Assembly: GCF_004010195.1 (NCBI RefSeq)
Contig: NC_057718.1
Location: 30,386,045-30,450,044, forward strand
Direction of reading: 5' to 3'
Length of the DNA: 64,000 bases
Origin: Chiloscyllium plagiosum
Taxonomy: Eukaryota
Made by a program: the position numbers and the translations under genes. The notes under the pieces were generated by a model. The model had not been told where the DNA came from. It saw only the letters and a program-made list of their open reading frames with translations, and ran no database searches. Of the stretch, positions 61,910 through 64,000 are shown piece after piece. The first letter of the stretch is position 1. Each line of letters opens with the position of its first letter.

Positions 61910-63045
61910 AGTTAGAACACAGGAATGTTAAAAACAGGAATAGACAATTCAACCCATCGAGATTACTCCTTTATTTCATATGATTGTAGCTGATCGAACA
62001 CTTCAATGCCATTTATGCACACTATCCCCCAACCCTTTGCACCATTGATAATTAAAATCTTATCGACCTATACTTTAAATGTAGTTAAAGACTGAGCTTC
62101 CATGGCACGTGAGGGCAGAGTATTGTAAAGATTCATCATCTTCTAAGTAAAACACGTTTCTTTTCCTCATCTAGATCCAAAATTGCAACCCTTTTAGATT
62201 TAAATTGTGCCCCTTGGTTCTAGACTCCCGACCAGGGGAAACATCTTACCTGCATCTATGCCATCTATCCCTTTTAAGTGCTTTGTAAGTTGCGATGAGA
62301 TCACCTCTTATTCTTTGAGACACTGGAGAATAGAGGCCCAGTTTGTCCAATCTCTGTTTATCGGACACTGATCGCTATTCGGTGAACAAGTCTCGTGAAC
62401 CTTCATTACACTCTCTCTGTGGCAATAATATCTTTACTGAAATAAGGAAAAACTGTACACAGTAACCGTCTTAATCTAACCAAGCACTTAACTAATCGGA
62501 TCAAGACTTTACTACTCCTCTCTCAAATCCTCTTGTGATAAAGTCTGACATTTCATTAGCCCTCCGAATAGCTTGCTATATCTGCATGTTAGCCTTCAAT
62601 GGTTTATTGACAAGGATACCAAGTCCCTTTGCATATCTATACTTTCCAACCTGTCCCCATTTAAAAATACTCTGCACATCTCTTCTGACAAAAATGGATG
62701 ACCTCACATTTTTCAACATTATATTTCATCTGGCATGTTCTTGCCCAGTCACTCAGGGTGGAGGACATGGGTTTAAGGTGAGAGGGAAAAGATTTAAAAA
62801 GCTATCTGAGTGGTAAGTTTATCACACAGAGAGTGGTGCATGTATGGAACGAGCTGCCAGAATAAGTAGTGAAGGTGGATACAATCACAACATGTAAAAG
62901 GCATCTGGATGGGTATATGAATAGAGAGGGTTTAGAGGGATATGCACCAAATGCTGGCAAATAGGACTAGGTCAGATGGGGATGTTTGGTCGACGCAGAT
63001 GAATTGGAACAAAGGGTCTGTTTCTGTGTTGTATGACTGTGTGAC
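61910..63045. mobile_element. CR1 fragments: minus 61910-62755, plus tail 62757-63045
   Basis: Reverse CR1 ORF2 C-terminus; plus-strand GHGFKVRGKRFK and tail. Confidence 0.82.
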
Positions 63046-64000
63046 TTTATGACTAACTGTCCAAATCCTCTTGAAAATATTTGCATCTTTCTTACAACAC
63101 ACATTTCTACTTCACCTTGTATCATATGCAGATTTGGAAATGTCAATTTGAATTGTGCACAACTAGGCTCAAGCATTAATCTTGCAGTAGCCTACTAGTC
63201 ACAGTGTCATAATGTGAGAGTGAACTACTTGTTCCTAATATTTTCTGTGTGTTTGCCAATCCTTAATCCATGTCAGTTCATTATACCCTATACTATGTAC
63301 TTTAACTTTGCTAATCAACTTCTGGTGGAGGGACTTTATTAAAAGTCTTCTTAAAATTCAAATTACTACATCTTCTCTTTATAAATTTGTTAATAAGATC
63401 CTCAGTAACCTCTAACAAGTTTGTCAAACATGATTTTCCAGTGTTAGCCCATGCCCAATCAGATCATTTTTATCCAAGTGTCCATTTCGTGAAGGCCCTT
63501 CACCAATATTCAGTTTCAATCTTTTTTAGTCACTGATGATTTTTTTTTTGGCAATATGTATTTATTCAGTGTTTAATACTTATAGTCCACTCCTTAAGTC
63601 TTTTTCTTCTTGCCTATGGCACCTACACGAGTATCTCACTCAAGTGACTCTTTAATCTTTGTGAGCTTATGCAATAGTTCAGTAACAGCTTGTCTGTCAA
63701 CTGAAAGGGGAGCATTTGTATAATTGAAACTTGTAGAAATGGGAACTGTGACTCTAAGGTTTCTTCTGAGAGTCATGCTTATGTTTTGATGAATCATTAA
63801 ATCAACTGGAAGTGTTGGTTATCAGCTCGTATCTCTGAAGAGACGGGTTCCTAATCCACATGCTTAGACTACTCAACAATACTGCCAACACATTGCACTT
63901 TAATAACCCTTTTGGGTTGTTGTCTATATATTTGTCTTGGCTTTTTTAAAAAAATATCCTTGGGGAACTGGGCTGGATGAATTACTGAGCTGACATTGTA

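Overview
Vertebrate genomic DNA, almost certainly a cartilaginous fish (shark), judged from its repeat families. No intact protein-coding gene is present. About half the window is decayed transposable elements. These include many CR1-type LINEs (one near full-length, with ORF1 esterase and ORF2 APE+RT), tRNA-derived SINEs (HE1/V-SINE-like and others), and at least 13 Penelope-like element (PLE) insertions of two types. Also present are two TA-flanked Tc1/mariner-pogo-like MITEs, a Rex1/Babar LINE, a PIF/Harbinger transposase relic and two solo-LTR-like repeats. Many PLE terminal repeats carry minimal hammerhead-ribozyme (HHR) motifs; several PLE copies are palindromic, and seven have 11-15 bp target-site duplications (TSDs). 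The unique AT-rich DNA holds several small + strand exon candidates with good splice signals but no coding frame (1033-1202, 37370-37407, 58613-58667, possibly 58869-58985). From memory only (not verified by search), the first two resemble the non-coding 5'UTR exons of human MBD5. The window may therefore be 5'UTR intronic sequence of shark mbd5. Best leads: (i) a uORF cassette assembled across these exons, (ii) ribozyme-bearing, ORF-less palindromic PLE terminal-repeat insertions, and (iii) a LINE whose APE domain follows a tRNA-Thr-like Pol III head. Two assembly gaps fall inside PLEs. Repeat boundaries are approximate unless a TSD or TIR is quoted.
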